The translations under genes and the position numbers were made by a program. The notes under the pieces were generated by a model, which saw only the letters and a list, made by a program, of their open reading frames with translations, ran no database searches and was not told where the DNA came from. From Clostridia bacterium (GTDB lineage: Bacteria > Bacillota > Clostridia > UBA1212), in contig JAFTXP010000003.1 in assembly GCA_017461545.1 (NCBI GenBank), positions 15,549 through 79,548 on the forward strand: a stretch of 64,000 nt of DNA, read 5' to 3'. The number at the start of each line of letters is the position of its first letter. Position 1 is the first letter of the stretch. Positions 9,559-18,886 of the stretch are shown here, one piece after another.

Positions 9559-10563
9559 ATGGTTAGTATAGTAGTTCCGGTTTACAACGGAGAAAAGTAT
9601 GTTGCTTCGTGTGTGGAGTCACTTTGCAATCAGTCATACAAAGATATAGAAATTATCTTGATAAATGACGGCTCTGCGGACAATACCGGAAGAATTCTTG
9701 ACGAACTGAAGCACAAAGATGACAGAATCACTGTAATACATAAGGAGAACGGCGGAGTGAGTTCTGCTCGTAACCGCGGAATAGAAGAAGCAAGCGGAGA
9801 ATATCTTTTGTTTTGCGATTGTGATGATGCTCCTGAAAAAGAATGGTGCGAAGAGTTAGTAAAATGTTCAGAGGCACACTATGACAAATTACCGGTCTGC
9901 TTCATACGGTTGTATGTTGACGGAGAGTTATCCGATTGGCAGTATTGTATAAAAGAAAAGCTTGATTCTGCGGAGGCGTATTCCGTATACGGTAAAAATG
10001 ATTTGTCGATGTTTCTTGTCAACCGTTTGATCTTTTCCCCATGCAATAAATTGTATCGTGCAGATATCGTAAAGCAGAATAATATAAAATTTGATTTAGG
10101 CGAATCTCTCGGAGAGGATGCTGTTTTTGCATTTAGGTATATTGCTGCAATAGGTGGAAGTATCGTTACAGTAAATAAATTTTTATACAACTATCTGCGT
10201 CAGAATCCGAATGGGTTGACTACCAAAAGAAGAACAACCGATGTAAAATCTTTTGACTATATGTATTTTAACTTTAAAAAAATGCTGTCAGTTTTGGATG
10301 TAGATAAAAAAGAAGTTTATGATGAGTTTTATTATTTCTTTTATGAGAACTATATCAGAGATTTATATATGTGCATAAGAAATAAAACGGTTAAAAAGTC
10401 CGAAAGAATTTATCAGTGCCGCAAAATCGTCAAAATGCCGGGTTTTTACGAGTGTTTAAATGAAGTTGATAAAGAAAGAGTCTGTGACAAAAAAATCGTT
10501 AAAATGGCAAAATCAAAGACGATTTTGTTTATGTATTTGACAGTGAAGATATTACTGGGATGA
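9559..10563 (+). CDS. Glycosyltransferase family 2
   Basis: SIVVPVYN, INDGSAD, NGGVSSARN, FCDCDD, LGED. Confidence 0.92.
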   Translation: MVSIVVPVYNGEKYVASCVESLCNQSYKDIEIILINDGSADNTGRILDELKHKDDRITVIHKENGGVSSARNRGIEEASGEYLLFCDCDDAPEKEWCEELVKCSEAHYDKLPVCFIRLYVDGELSDWQYCIKEKLDSAEAYSVYGKNDLSMFLVNRLIFSPCNKLYRADIVKQNNIKFDLGESLGEDAVFAFRYIAAIGGSIVTVNKFLYNYLRQNPNGLTTKRRTTDVKSFDYMYFNFKKMLSVLDVDKKEVYDEFYYFFYENYIRDLYMCIRNKTVKKSERIYQCRKIVKMPGFYECLNEVDKERVCDKKIVKMAKSKTILFMYLTVKILLG

Positions 10564-10708
10564 AAGTAATCGTAGAGGTAATTTCGGTTTCTTGGCTTTG
10601 CGATGGGAAGGTATTTATGCAGGGGTGGCTTGGATATTACAGAATAGCGGAAATGAATACACTGCTATTGCAGGTAATGGAATATTACACCGCGCCATAA
10701 CAAATAAA

Positions 10709-10756
10709 AGACTTGCATACCGCGGATATTATGATATATCCGCGGTATGCAAGTCT
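10709..10756. terminator. Perfect 21-bp inverted repeat between convergent genes (probable bidirectional terminator)
   Basis: AGACTTGCATACCGCGGATAT-6nt-ATATCCGCGGTATGCAAGTCT. Confidence 0.65.
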
Positions 10757-10867
10757 CTGTACTCAATATGATTAAACCGCCGTGTGCCGAACGATACGCA
10801 CGGTGGAGGGAGATGTCGGTTGGTCAACTAATGGTCAGCCGACATCTCGATTTTAATATTTATTAAA

Positions 10868-12124
10868 TTATATTTCGTGACAATCCTGCACTTCCATTTT
10901 GTCAAATCGTACATTGCCCCAATAACATCTGTTATATATGATATCAGATTCTTCCATCTTGAAAGTAAAGGCTTTCTGTACGACATCAAGTCTTGTTTGA
11001 ATTTCACCATCAAACTTACACAAAGACATATCAGCATAATATCTTCCTGCAAGAAGTCTGTCGCTTTTGAATTTTAAAGAAACCTGTGATTTACCTTTGA
11101 ATACATTAAATGTATTGGAATGAGCGGTTCCGACAACATTTCCTGCCATATCTTTCAAAACAGTACGTATCATACCATTGTCAAATTGTTCGCCGGATTC
11201 AATTTCGACTGTAAAATTAAAGTCGTCTCCGAATGGAATTTCAAGTTCGTCTATATAGAGCTTTGTAAGGCGGATATTTTCCTCAACATTCATCGGTCTT
11301 TTTATCAGTGTCAGATCCTGCATTTTCTCATTAAGGACTTCACTGTTATTTGAGTAAATAGTGATAGCAGAATCTACATCGCCGTCGTATATACAGTGTC
11401 CTTTGCTGAGCACAATACTTCTGTTGCACAACTGTTTGACTGTATTCATATTATGGCTGACATATAAAATTGTTCTACCTTCTTCTGTCGCAACAGAACG
11501 CATTTTCTTTAAGCATTTCTGTTGAAAAGTCATATCGCCGACAGCCAGAACTTCATCCATAATCATTATTTCCGAGTCGAGATGTACCGCAACGGCAAAA
11601 GCGAGCTTTACATACATACCGCTTGAGTACCTTTTTACAGGTGTGTCTATAAATTTTTCCATTTCGGCAAATGCAACGATTTCGTCAAATTTTCTGGAAA
11701 CTTCTGCTCTTGTCATACCGAGAATAGCACCATTAAGGTATACATTTTCCCTGCCTGTAAGCTCGGGATGAAAACCTGTTCCTACTTCGAGCATACTGGC
11801 AATACGTCCGTCAATTTTTATTTCACCTGTCGTAGGTGCAGTTACTCTGGAAAGTAGCTTCAAAAGTGTGGATTTTCCTGCTCCGTTGTGACCGATTATT
11901 CCGACGGCGTCACCTTTCTGAACACTGAAAGATACGTCGGAAAGTGCAAGAAATTTTTCATTGTGCGCAGCTTTTTGCTGACCTATCTTTGAGTTCGGAT
12001 CGTCCTTTCCTCTCACCTTTGCAAGGAAACTCTGGAGATCACCGCGCAGTGTTCCTCCTCCGATAGCTCCTAATCGGTATTCTTTGGATACATTATCTAG
12101 TTGAATTATTGTATTCTGGTCCAT
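10868..12124 (-). CDS. wzt: Polysaccharide ABC transporter ATP-binding protein with C-terminal Wzt_C-like domain (copy 1)
   Basis: GHNGAGKST, YSSGM, DEVLAVGD and SH motifs plus a C-terminal extension. Start placed at ATG 12124 after GGAGG. Confidence 0.92.
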   Translation of the reverse strand: MDQNTIIQLDNVSKEYRLGAIGGGTLRGDLQSFLAKVRGKDDPNSKIGQQKAAHNEKFLALSDVSFSVQKGDAVGIIGHNGAGKSTLLKLLSRVTAPTTGEIKIDGRIASMLEVGTGFHPELTGRENVYLNGAILGMTRAEVSRKFDEIVAFAEMEKFIDTPVKRYSSGMYVKLAFAVAVHLDSEIMIMDEVLAVGDMTFQQKCLKKMRSVATEEGRTILYVSHNMNTVKQLCNRSIVLSKGHCIYDGDVDSAITIYSNNSEVLNEKMQDLTLIKRPMNVEENIRLTKLYIDELEIPFGDDFNFTVEIESGEQFDNGMIRTVLKDMAGNVVGTAHSNTFNVFKGKSQVSLKFKSDRLLAGRYYADMSLCKFDGEIQTRLDVVQKAFTFKMEESDIIYNRCYWGNVRFDKMEVQDCHEI

Positions 12125-12137
12125 AACTTCCTCCGTA

Positions 12138-13001
12138 TCAGACAGTATCCATAAACGTCTTTTCAACTCTGCTGAACAAAATTATTCCGAAGAATAAAAC
12201 TACAAGAGTAATTGCCCAGCTGATAAGATAATACATTAAATTAAAACTACCGACACCGAGGTAAGCATATCGCATAGTTTCTATTACAGGAGTCATCGGA
12301 TTGAGCATATAAACTTGTCCCCAAGTACTTCCTAGCTTTTCTATAACAATATCTGATGAATAAGCTACCGGTGTGGCATACATCCAAAGCTGAACTCCGA
12401 ATGAAACTAACATCGCTAAATCTCTGTACTTAGTGGTCAAAGCTGATACGATTACACCGAAGCCCAATCCCAACATAGCCATTTGGATGATTATCAAAGG
12501 TGTAAGCGCCATATATCCCCAGGAAGGTGTGAATTCGCCTTGCACAAGATAAAATACCCAGAAGCACATAAAGAAAACAAACTGGATGGCAAACGATATG
12601 AGCTGAGTGAGTACTGTAGATATCGGCATAACTAGTCTTGGAAAATATACCTTACCCATAATAGCGCTGTTACTTATAAATGTATTTGATGTAGAAACTA
12701 AACAACTGGAAAAATACGCCCATGTAATGTTTGCGCTCATGTAAAACACCAAGTTCGGCGTACCGGTGTCGTTAAGACCTGCAATGTTGCCGAATATTAC
12801 AGAGAATATAACCGTTGTCAAAAATGGTTGAATTATTGCCCAAAGAGGTCCTAATATGGTTTGCTTGTAAAGGGAAGTAAAGTTTCTTTTTACAAAGAGC
12901 ATAATAAGATCTTTGTATCTGAACAATCCCTTGATATCAATATCAAACCATCCGGTTTTGGGTTTGATGACAGTCATCCATTGTTTTTCTTGATTTTCCA
13001 A
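12138..13001 (-). CDS. wzm: Polysaccharide ABC transporter permease
   Basis: YKQTILGPLWAIIQP, KVYFPR, YRDL, TPVAY and LNP motifs of ABC-2 O-antigen/teichoic permeases. Confidence 0.92.
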   Translation of the reverse strand: MENQEKQWMTVIKPKTGWFDIDIKGLFRYKDLIMLFVKRNFTSLYKQTILGPLWAIIQPFLTTVIFSVIFGNIAGLNDTGTPNLVFYMSANITWAYFSSCLVSTSNTFISNSAIMGKVYFPRLVMPISTVLTQLISFAIQFVFFMCFWVFYLVQGEFTPSWGYMALTPLIIIQMAMLGLGFGVIVSALTTKYRDLAMLVSFGVQLWMYATPVAYSSDIVIEKLGSTWGQVYMLNPMTPVIETMRYAYLGVGSFNLMYYLISWAITLVVLFFGIILFSRVEKTFMDTV

Positions 13002-13062
13002 TTTCAGTAACTCCTATTCATCATAATTAATATTGTAATGATATACCATATTATAACATAAA

Positions 13063-14208
13063 TCAACGACGTAAAAGTTTCTTGATCTTCCTTTTCACTT
13101 TTTGCAAAAATGGTGTTTTTTTGCAAGCTTTTACGGCTTTGTCAAAATCAATCCGGCTCTTTTTTGAAAGTGTCATCATTATTTTATCTCTGTTTTGCGG
13201 TTTTGCGACAGAACTGTAGAATGCACTGTTTGATGCAGTTATTTTCTCCTGTTTTACTGATTTATAAATTGCAGTTTCTTTTATTATATCAAAGAGTTTT
13301 CTGCCTTTTTCTGTGTATACTGTCAAAGCAGAAATGCCGGTATCGTCATTGAGTTCAGGCAGACAATTATCTATGCCCCAAAAGTCGCCGATAGTTATAT
13401 CTGCAAACCTGTTGACATCTTTATTCGAACAATCATAGCAGGAGGGCCGTAAAATAAAATTATCAAGAAACAGTCTCATATACGGGTCGTCAGGAAAAAT
13501 TCTGACATATGAGTTGTTCTTTGAATCTATCCTCATGGAAAATGTTGCCCAACCGTTAGTTTTGTCACGGAAGTTTACTTTTGTCACGGTGTCATTGCCC
13601 GCAACGCTTTTTAAGTATTTTTGCCAGACCATAGGTGAAGGTACTCCGTGGCAGATAATGTCTATCAGAATAAGATTTTCATAATCTTGTCCCAGGTATG
13701 TGCGAAGTGCATTTACCTGGCAGGGCGTACCGGAAAATAAAAAGAGCCTACCGGACAAAACAATTTTTTTGATTTCAGAGAAAGTGTTATGTACAGTGCT
13801 TTGCAGGTACTTACTTGTTTGGATTTTGTATAAATCGTCGCAGTTGTCAATTATTATGTGCTGAACCGCCCAATTTTCATCAAATGCTGCACCGCAGACC
13901 GCACCGCCGTTTTCGAGTACATATTTTGCTAATAAGTTGAAACAGCCGCCGCTGGAGCTTGCCTGTTTTGCAACGGAGTCTTTCGAGTAAATTGCATAAC
14001 AATCCATAAAGGATTCTCTTTTTTTGTCCTGATTTGACGGACATTTTGATATGCATTTCTTGCATTTTTTGCATAAAGAGTAATCCACAGACGGATACAG
14101 GAATCCTTCTGTGTCACGATTCATTTTAATTGCTTCAAATTCACATACATTTGCGCAAACACCGCAGCCTGTACATTTGCTTTTGTTTTTTATAACCGTG
14201 TCAATCAT
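13063..14208 (-). CDS. 4Fe-4S dicluster + coenzyme F420 hydrogenase beta-subunit (FrhB C-terminal)-like protein
   Basis: CTGCGVCANVC and CKKCKKCISKCP, SSSGG, GTPCQ, ICHGVPS, RPSCYDC, DITIGDFWG. Confidence 0.88.
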   Translation of the reverse strand: MIDTVIKNKSKCTGCGVCANVCEFEAIKMNRDTEGFLYPSVDYSLCKKCKKCISKCPSNQDKKRESFMDCYAIYSKDSVAKQASSSGGCFNLLAKYVLENGGAVCGAAFDENWAVQHIIIDNCDDLYKIQTSKYLQSTVHNTFSEIKKIVLSGRLFLFSGTPCQVNALRTYLGQDYENLILIDIICHGVPSPMVWQKYLKSVAGNDTVTKVNFRDKTNGWATFSMRIDSKNNSYVRIFPDDPYMRLFLDNFILRPSCYDCSNKDVNRFADITIGDFWGIDNCLPELNDDTGISALTVYTEKGRKLFDIIKETAIYKSVKQEKITASNSAFYSSVAKPQNRDKIMMTLSKKSRIDFDKAVKACKKTPFLQKVKRKIKKLLRR

Positions 14209-14229
14209 TGTGTGAATACTCCGTATGTT

Positions 14230-15318
14230 TTATATATTTAATGCCTTTTTCAAATACACGAATGCCTTTTGGCGTTCTTGTTCGATTGCTTCGTCAACAT
14301 CTGTATAGTCACAGTCAATGATTCGTTCAGGCGGCTCGCTTATATTTCCGAGGCACCATTTACCGATATGAATTTTGTCTAATAATTCCTGTGTTCTGCT
14401 GCTCATGTTTAAATCTTTTCTTTCGAATATTCTGAAAGGTTGTTTGAATATGATTGAAAAAACGCTTGCGTGAAAAGAATCAGTGATAACTGCTTTAGCA
14501 TGCGAAATCAGGTAAACAAATTCTTGCGGATCGGCGCAGAAATATTTGGGATCAGGAATTTCTACCCACTGAGCACAACCTGATTTTAAGGTAACTACTT
14601 CACAGTCATGTAACTCAGATGCTGATTTTATATATTCTTTTATATCATCTGAGAGAGATGATATAAAATAAACTACTATAAAATCTTTTTTAGGCAGATT
14701 TTTAGGTTTCTTTGCAAATTTTACCCATTTTTGTCTATCAAGCATAAGAGTAGGATCAATTGTGGTTTCAGGTCTTGTATCGCAGTGCTTTTCGATGATG
14801 TCTGCTCCTTGTGTTTCTCTTACCGAGATGTTGCTGAAGTCTTTGACCGAGTTTGCAAAAAAAACTTTGAATTCTTCCGGGATTTTATCCGTGCCTATAC
14901 TGGCTGAGTATGCTATTTTTTTTTCGGCAGGTACAAAGGTAAGAAACATAAGGTCTCTGTATTCTACTATATCTTTGAAGTAAAGATTCCATACTTGATC
15001 AGAACCAACTGAAAACATATCATAGCCTGATATGTCAAATTTTTCGCCGCATTTATATTTTTTTTTGCTGAAATTTATTTTCTGTTTGTTGAATATACAA
15101 AACTTATCTCGTTTTTGTAAATGATAGATTTTTTTTCTCAGAATTTTTGCTTTTATAAAATGTAAGAGTAAAAGTTTTACAGTACAATTATATTCTGTAT
15201 CATATGCAATGGTTTCTGCGCGGCATCCCATTTTCCGGAAAACCTCTTGTACGGCATAGTTCTGTAATCTGTTGCCGTAGTTTGCTCCCTGTGCTATTGT
15301 CACAATACCGATTTTCAT
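14230..15318 (-). CDS. Polysaccharide pyruvyl transferase family protein
   Basis: NYGNRLQNYA, VGSDQVWN, ISVRE, DPTL, TDSFH motifs. Confidence 0.9.
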   Translation of the reverse strand: MKIGIVTIAQGANYGNRLQNYAVQEVFRKMGCRAETIAYDTEYNCTVKLLLLHFIKAKILRKKIYHLQKRDKFCIFNKQKINFSKKKYKCGEKFDISGYDMFSVGSDQVWNLYFKDIVEYRDLMFLTFVPAEKKIAYSASIGTDKIPEEFKVFFANSVKDFSNISVRETQGADIIEKHCDTRPETTIDPTLMLDRQKWVKFAKKPKNLPKKDFIVVYFISSLSDDIKEYIKSASELHDCEVVTLKSGCAQWVEIPDPKYFCADPQEFVYLISHAKAVITDSFHASVFSIIFKQPFRIFERKDLNMSSRTQELLDKIHIGKWCLGNISEPPERIIDCDYTDVDEAIEQERQKAFVYLKKALNI

Positions 15319-15438
15319 ATGCAATTCACCTAAAAATTATTTATGGAATTAACTCAAATGTGCGACGATTATACGCTATATTTAAATATATTTTAATATA
15401 TATTAAGGAAAAAAACAATGAGATAAGTATCCTGTTTT

Positions 15439-16443
15439 TTACAAATAAATTATCCTGAAATGATACAACCATGTCAAAATCCTTGACTTATATATTTTTA
15501 TCAGCTTTTTATGATAAGATTTTTCAAGATCAATTTTTGAACGACAGTGTTGAAAGCCCGGAAGAAATACATACTTAAAACTTTTCTTAAGCTTTTCGTG
15601 TTTACTCAATTCTTCTGCCTTGAAAATATCGCTTAAAGTATTAATGTATCTGTCGCAGAAAAGATTATAGAAGTTTTCGTTTAATACTGCATCTGAAATA
15701 TGTAAATTTAAAAAAAGTTCTTCCTCTTCGAGGAATATCATTTCGGCTGCCGCAATTTCTTTATCAATATTTCGCGCAGTCAGACAATTTTCGTTTTGCC
15801 TTACATATGTGTAAAGAATTTTGTTAAGGAATATTGTTTTACCACAGGTATGAGTCAAATATTGAAAGTTAAACATGACATCCTCACCCATGCTCAGAGC
15901 CTCGTCAAATCTTAAACAATTCTTTTTTATGGTTTCTGCAGAATATATTTTATTCCAAAGGGAATAGAGAAAACCGACATCGTCTATTGACGGTAAATCC
16001 TCTTTGCTCAGGAGGACGTAGTTTTTGTCAGAGAGTTGCACATGTGATAAAGTAAAAATATACTCAGGTGTGTTGGTCAGCAAATCGATATTTTTTACGG
16101 CACAAAAAGGAAGCCGGTCGGGGAATTTTTCTATGCATAGCACCAATTCTCCGCACCAGTCGCGGTGGGGGATATCGTCTACATCACAAAACATTATGTA
16201 TTCTCCGCTCGCAACATCAAGACCTGCGTTGCGTGCAGAGCTTACGCCGCCGTTTTCCTTTGTGAGAATTTTTACTCGGGAATCTCTTTGCTGAATTTCT
16301 TTGAGTATGTCCGGAGTATTGTCACTTGAACCATCATCTACAAAAATGATTTGGATGTTCTTGTATGATTGTGCCATAAGAGCATCAGCACATTTATTTA
16401 TATAATTTTCGCCGTTATATACGGGAACAATTATACTAATCAA
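15439..16443 (-). CDS. Glycosyltransferase family 2
   Basis: ISIIVPVYN, VDDGSSD, NGGVSSARN, FCDVDD, MGED; likely TTG start after GGAG. Confidence 0.9.
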   Translation of the reverse strand: MISIIVPVYNGENYINKCADALMAQSYKNIQIIFVDDGSSDNTPDILKEIQQRDSRVKILTKENGGVSSARNAGLDVASGEYIMFCDVDDIPHRDWCGELVLCIEKFPDRLPFCAVKNIDLLTNTPEYIFTLSHVQLSDKNYVLLSKEDLPSIDDVGFLYSLWNKIYSAETIKKNCLRFDEALSMGEDVMFNFQYLTHTCGKTIFLNKILYTYVRQNENCLTARNIDKEIAAAEMIFLEEEELFLNLHISDAVLNENFYNLFCDRYINTLSDIFKAEELSKHEKLKKSFKYVFLPGFQHCRSKIDLEKSYHKKLIKIYKSRILTWLYHFRIIYL

Positions 16444-16647
16444 GAAAAACACTCCCATCTTGTAAAATTCTTTATAATTATATCAATCGTCGGATTTTAG
16501 GACAACAAAAAGTTCATGACGATCTAAAATTAACTTTACCCCCGCCAAAAATTTGTTGAAATAACAACAATAATAATGTATATTACAGTCATTCAATATA
16601 AAAGACATGAATTGTAAATCAGTTGATATTTTTCATTAGGAGAAGCT

Positions 16648-17415
16648 ATGATTCCAAAAATATTACATTATTGTTGGTTTGGCGGTGCAGAAAAAACTAA
16701 ATTACAAAAAAAGTGTATTGAAAGTTGGAAAAAGCACTGTCCCGATTATGAAATAATTGAGTGGAATGAAAAAAATTTTGATGTCAATTGCAATGCCTAC
16801 TGCAAGGAAATGTACAGGAATAAAAAATGGGCATTTCTGTCGGATTACGCACGTTTGAAAATTATATATGATAATGGTGGTATCTATATTGACACGGATG
16901 TCGAACTTTTAAAATCCTTTGATGATTTACTTTATAAAGATGCTTTCATGGGAGAAGAACAGACCGGAAGAATAGCTACAGGACTGTCATTCGGCGCGGT
17001 CAAAGGTCATTATGCAATTAAAGAAAATGCAGAGTACTATGAAAAACAAAGCATTCCTTCGACTGCCATATGCGTAGATATTACTACAGATATTTTCAAA
17101 AAATACGGATATATTGGTTGCGATAAAACCCCAGTCTTAATAAACGGAGTAATGATATATCCAGAGGAGTATTTTTGCCCGTACAGTTACTTTACCGGAG
17201 AAAAAAATATAACAAAAAACACATATTCTGTTCACCACTACGAGGGGTCTTGGGAATCAGACGAGAAAAAGAAAAAACATAAAAAGGAAATTCGTAAGGA
17301 GAAGATCGAAAGAAGAATAGACTATATCAAGCATATTCCGAATCGCCTAATTCGTAAGCTGTTAGGGAAAAAAAGATATAAAAAATTAAAAGACTCTGTG
17401 AAAAAAAGTCCGTAG
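16648..17415 (+). CDS. Glycosyltransferase family 32 (DXD sugar-binding, OCH1-like)
   Basis: MIPKILHYCWFGG, AFLSDYARL, GGIYIDTD, HHYEGSW. Confidence 0.92.
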   Translation: MIPKILHYCWFGGAEKTKLQKKCIESWKKHCPDYEIIEWNEKNFDVNCNAYCKEMYRNKKWAFLSDYARLKIIYDNGGIYIDTDVELLKSFDDLLYKDAFMGEEQTGRIATGLSFGAVKGHYAIKENAEYYEKQSIPSTAICVDITTDIFKKYGYIGCDKTPVLINGVMIYPEEYFCPYSYFTGEKNITKNTYSVHHYEGSWESDEKKKKHKKEIRKEKIERRIDYIKHIPNRLIRKLLGKKRYKKLKDSVKKSP

Positions 17416-17430
17416 AAGTTTAATGATAAG

Positions 17431-17462
17431 GCCGCCCATGATTTTATTTTATCATGGGCGGC
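17431..17462 (+). terminator. Stem-loop downstream of the GT32 gene
   Basis: GCCGCCCATGAT...ATCATGGGCGGC perfect 12-bp inverted repeat. Confidence 0.6.
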
Positions 17463-17501
17463 TGTAATTATGGCGAAAAAGAAAATTCGTTCACATAATA
17501 T

Positions 17502-17530
17502 TTGCGAACTTTAGCAAAGCATTGTATAAT
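17502..17530 (+). promoter_or_regulatory. Sigma-A-like promoter for the second wzt operon
   Basis: TTGCGA-17 nt-TATAAT. Confidence 0.6.
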
Positions 17531-17583
17531 AAAAATGTATAGTTGTACCTAAGTAGCATAATTTTCATTCACGGGGATTATTT

Positions 17584-18873
17584 ATGAGTGATTTTGCTGT
17601 AAAATTTGAAAATGTATACAAAGAATATCGTCTCGGCGCAATCGGGGGCGGTACTTTGCGTGATGATTTGCAGAGTTTTATGGCTCGCATCCGTGGAAAA
17701 GAAGACCCAAATCTTAAAATCGGTGATACAGGCGGAAAAAGAAATGACAAGTTTTTGGCTCTTAATGATATTTCTTTTGAAATAGAAAAGGGCAGCGCTG
17801 TAGGAATAATAGGACATAACGGCGCCGGGAAGTCCACACTTCTTAAGTTGCTTTCAAGAGTTACCGCTCCGACAAAGGGAAACATTTATGTGAATGGCAG
17901 AATTGCGAGTATGCTTGAGGTTGGTACAGGTTTTCACCCGGAACTTTCGGGCAGGGAGAACGTATATTTGAACGGCGCTATTCTGGGTATGTCAAAAGCT
18001 GAGATAAGCAGAAAGTTTGACGAGATTGTGTCGTTTGCAGAGATGGAGCAGTTTATTGATACACCGGTAAAAAGATATTCAAGCGGCATGTATGTAAAGC
18101 TTGCATTTGCTGTTGCTGCGCATCTTGACTCGGAGATTCTTGTGATGGACGAAGTTCTTGCTGTCGGCGATATGAAATTCCAGCAGAAGTGTCTCGGAAA
18201 AATGGGCGATGCTGCTGATAAAGAAGGCAGAACAGTTCTTTATGTAAGCCACAATATGAATACTATCCGTCAGCTTTGTGACCGATGTGTTGTATTGGAA
18301 CACGGAAAACTTGTGTATGACGGAGATGTTGAGGACGGCATAGGTGTTTATATGAATCAGGGTGCGGGCTCTACTGCGGTGTTCCATGATTTTACTGATG
18401 CGAGACGTCCCGATATTGACTTTGGACAGAAAATTTTTCTTGAAAGCTTTACTTTTTTAGGTAAAGAATCAAGTGTTTTCCTTCCGAAAGAAAAGATGAG
18501 ATTCAGTATCAGGTGGAGAGCGAATCAATCGATAGAAGATATAAGAATACGTCTTGAAATTTTGTTTGCCGACTCGACTCCTGCCGGCATGACAGAATCA
18601 AAGGCGTTTAAAAATGCTGTAGCCGGCGAGGTTTACGACAGCGAGTTTGAGTTTGATATATCAAATATCGCTCCCGGCAGATACTATTTTAAGATAGATG
18701 TTTTTACTATGAATGAGTTCGGTACACATTCGAGTGTCGATCATCCGCTTCAGTATGTATATTTCGACATCGAAGAGGACAACCGTGATTCGCTGATTTG
18801 GCAGCATAACTATTGGGGACATGTAAAACTTAACGGACTTCAGTGTATTGATACCGTGAGTATAGAAGAGTAA
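17584..18873 (+). CDS. wzt: Polysaccharide ABC transporter ATP-binding protein with C-terminal Wzt_C-like domain (copy 2)
   Basis: Same NBD motifs as copy 1 with a near-identical N-terminal half; divergent C-terminal domain. Confidence 0.92.
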   Translation: MSDFAVKFENVYKEYRLGAIGGGTLRDDLQSFMARIRGKEDPNLKIGDTGGKRNDKFLALNDISFEIEKGSAVGIIGHNGAGKSTLLKLLSRVTAPTKGNIYVNGRIASMLEVGTGFHPELSGRENVYLNGAILGMSKAEISRKFDEIVSFAEMEQFIDTPVKRYSSGMYVKLAFAVAAHLDSEILVMDEVLAVGDMKFQQKCLGKMGDAADKEGRTVLYVSHNMNTIRQLCDRCVVLEHGKLVYDGDVEDGIGVYMNQGAGSTAVFHDFTDARRPDIDFGQKIFLESFTFLGKESSVFLPKEKMRFSIRWRANQSIEDIRIRLEILFADSTPAGMTESKAFKNAVAGEVYDSEFEFDISNIAPGRYYFKIDVFTMNEFGTHSSVDHPLQYVYFDIEEDNRDSLIWQHNYWGHVKLNGLQCIDTVSIEE

Positions 18874-18886
18874 AGGAAATTGTTAT

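Noticed and set aside
10565-10700. Lysine riboswitch or T-box (GTAGAGGT start, GGGTGG...ACCGCG)
   Set aside because: The remaining consensus elements are absent and there is no downstream + strand gene to regulate.
13063-14208. Methanogen-type F420 hydrogenase
   Set aside because: No other hydrogenase subunits are present, and this domain architecture beside a pyruvyltransferase is the glycan-locus type.
14855-15140. 8-9 nt A/T homopolymers in the pyruvyltransferase gene as phase-variation switches
   Set aside because: Such runs are expected in very AT-rich, Lys-rich genes, the frame is intact, and no long G/C tracts were seen.
11400-18330. Invertible segment/shufflon between the two oppositely oriented wzt genes
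   Set aside because: The copies differ at many synonymous positions, I found no long identical inverted repeat, and no invertase is adjacent.
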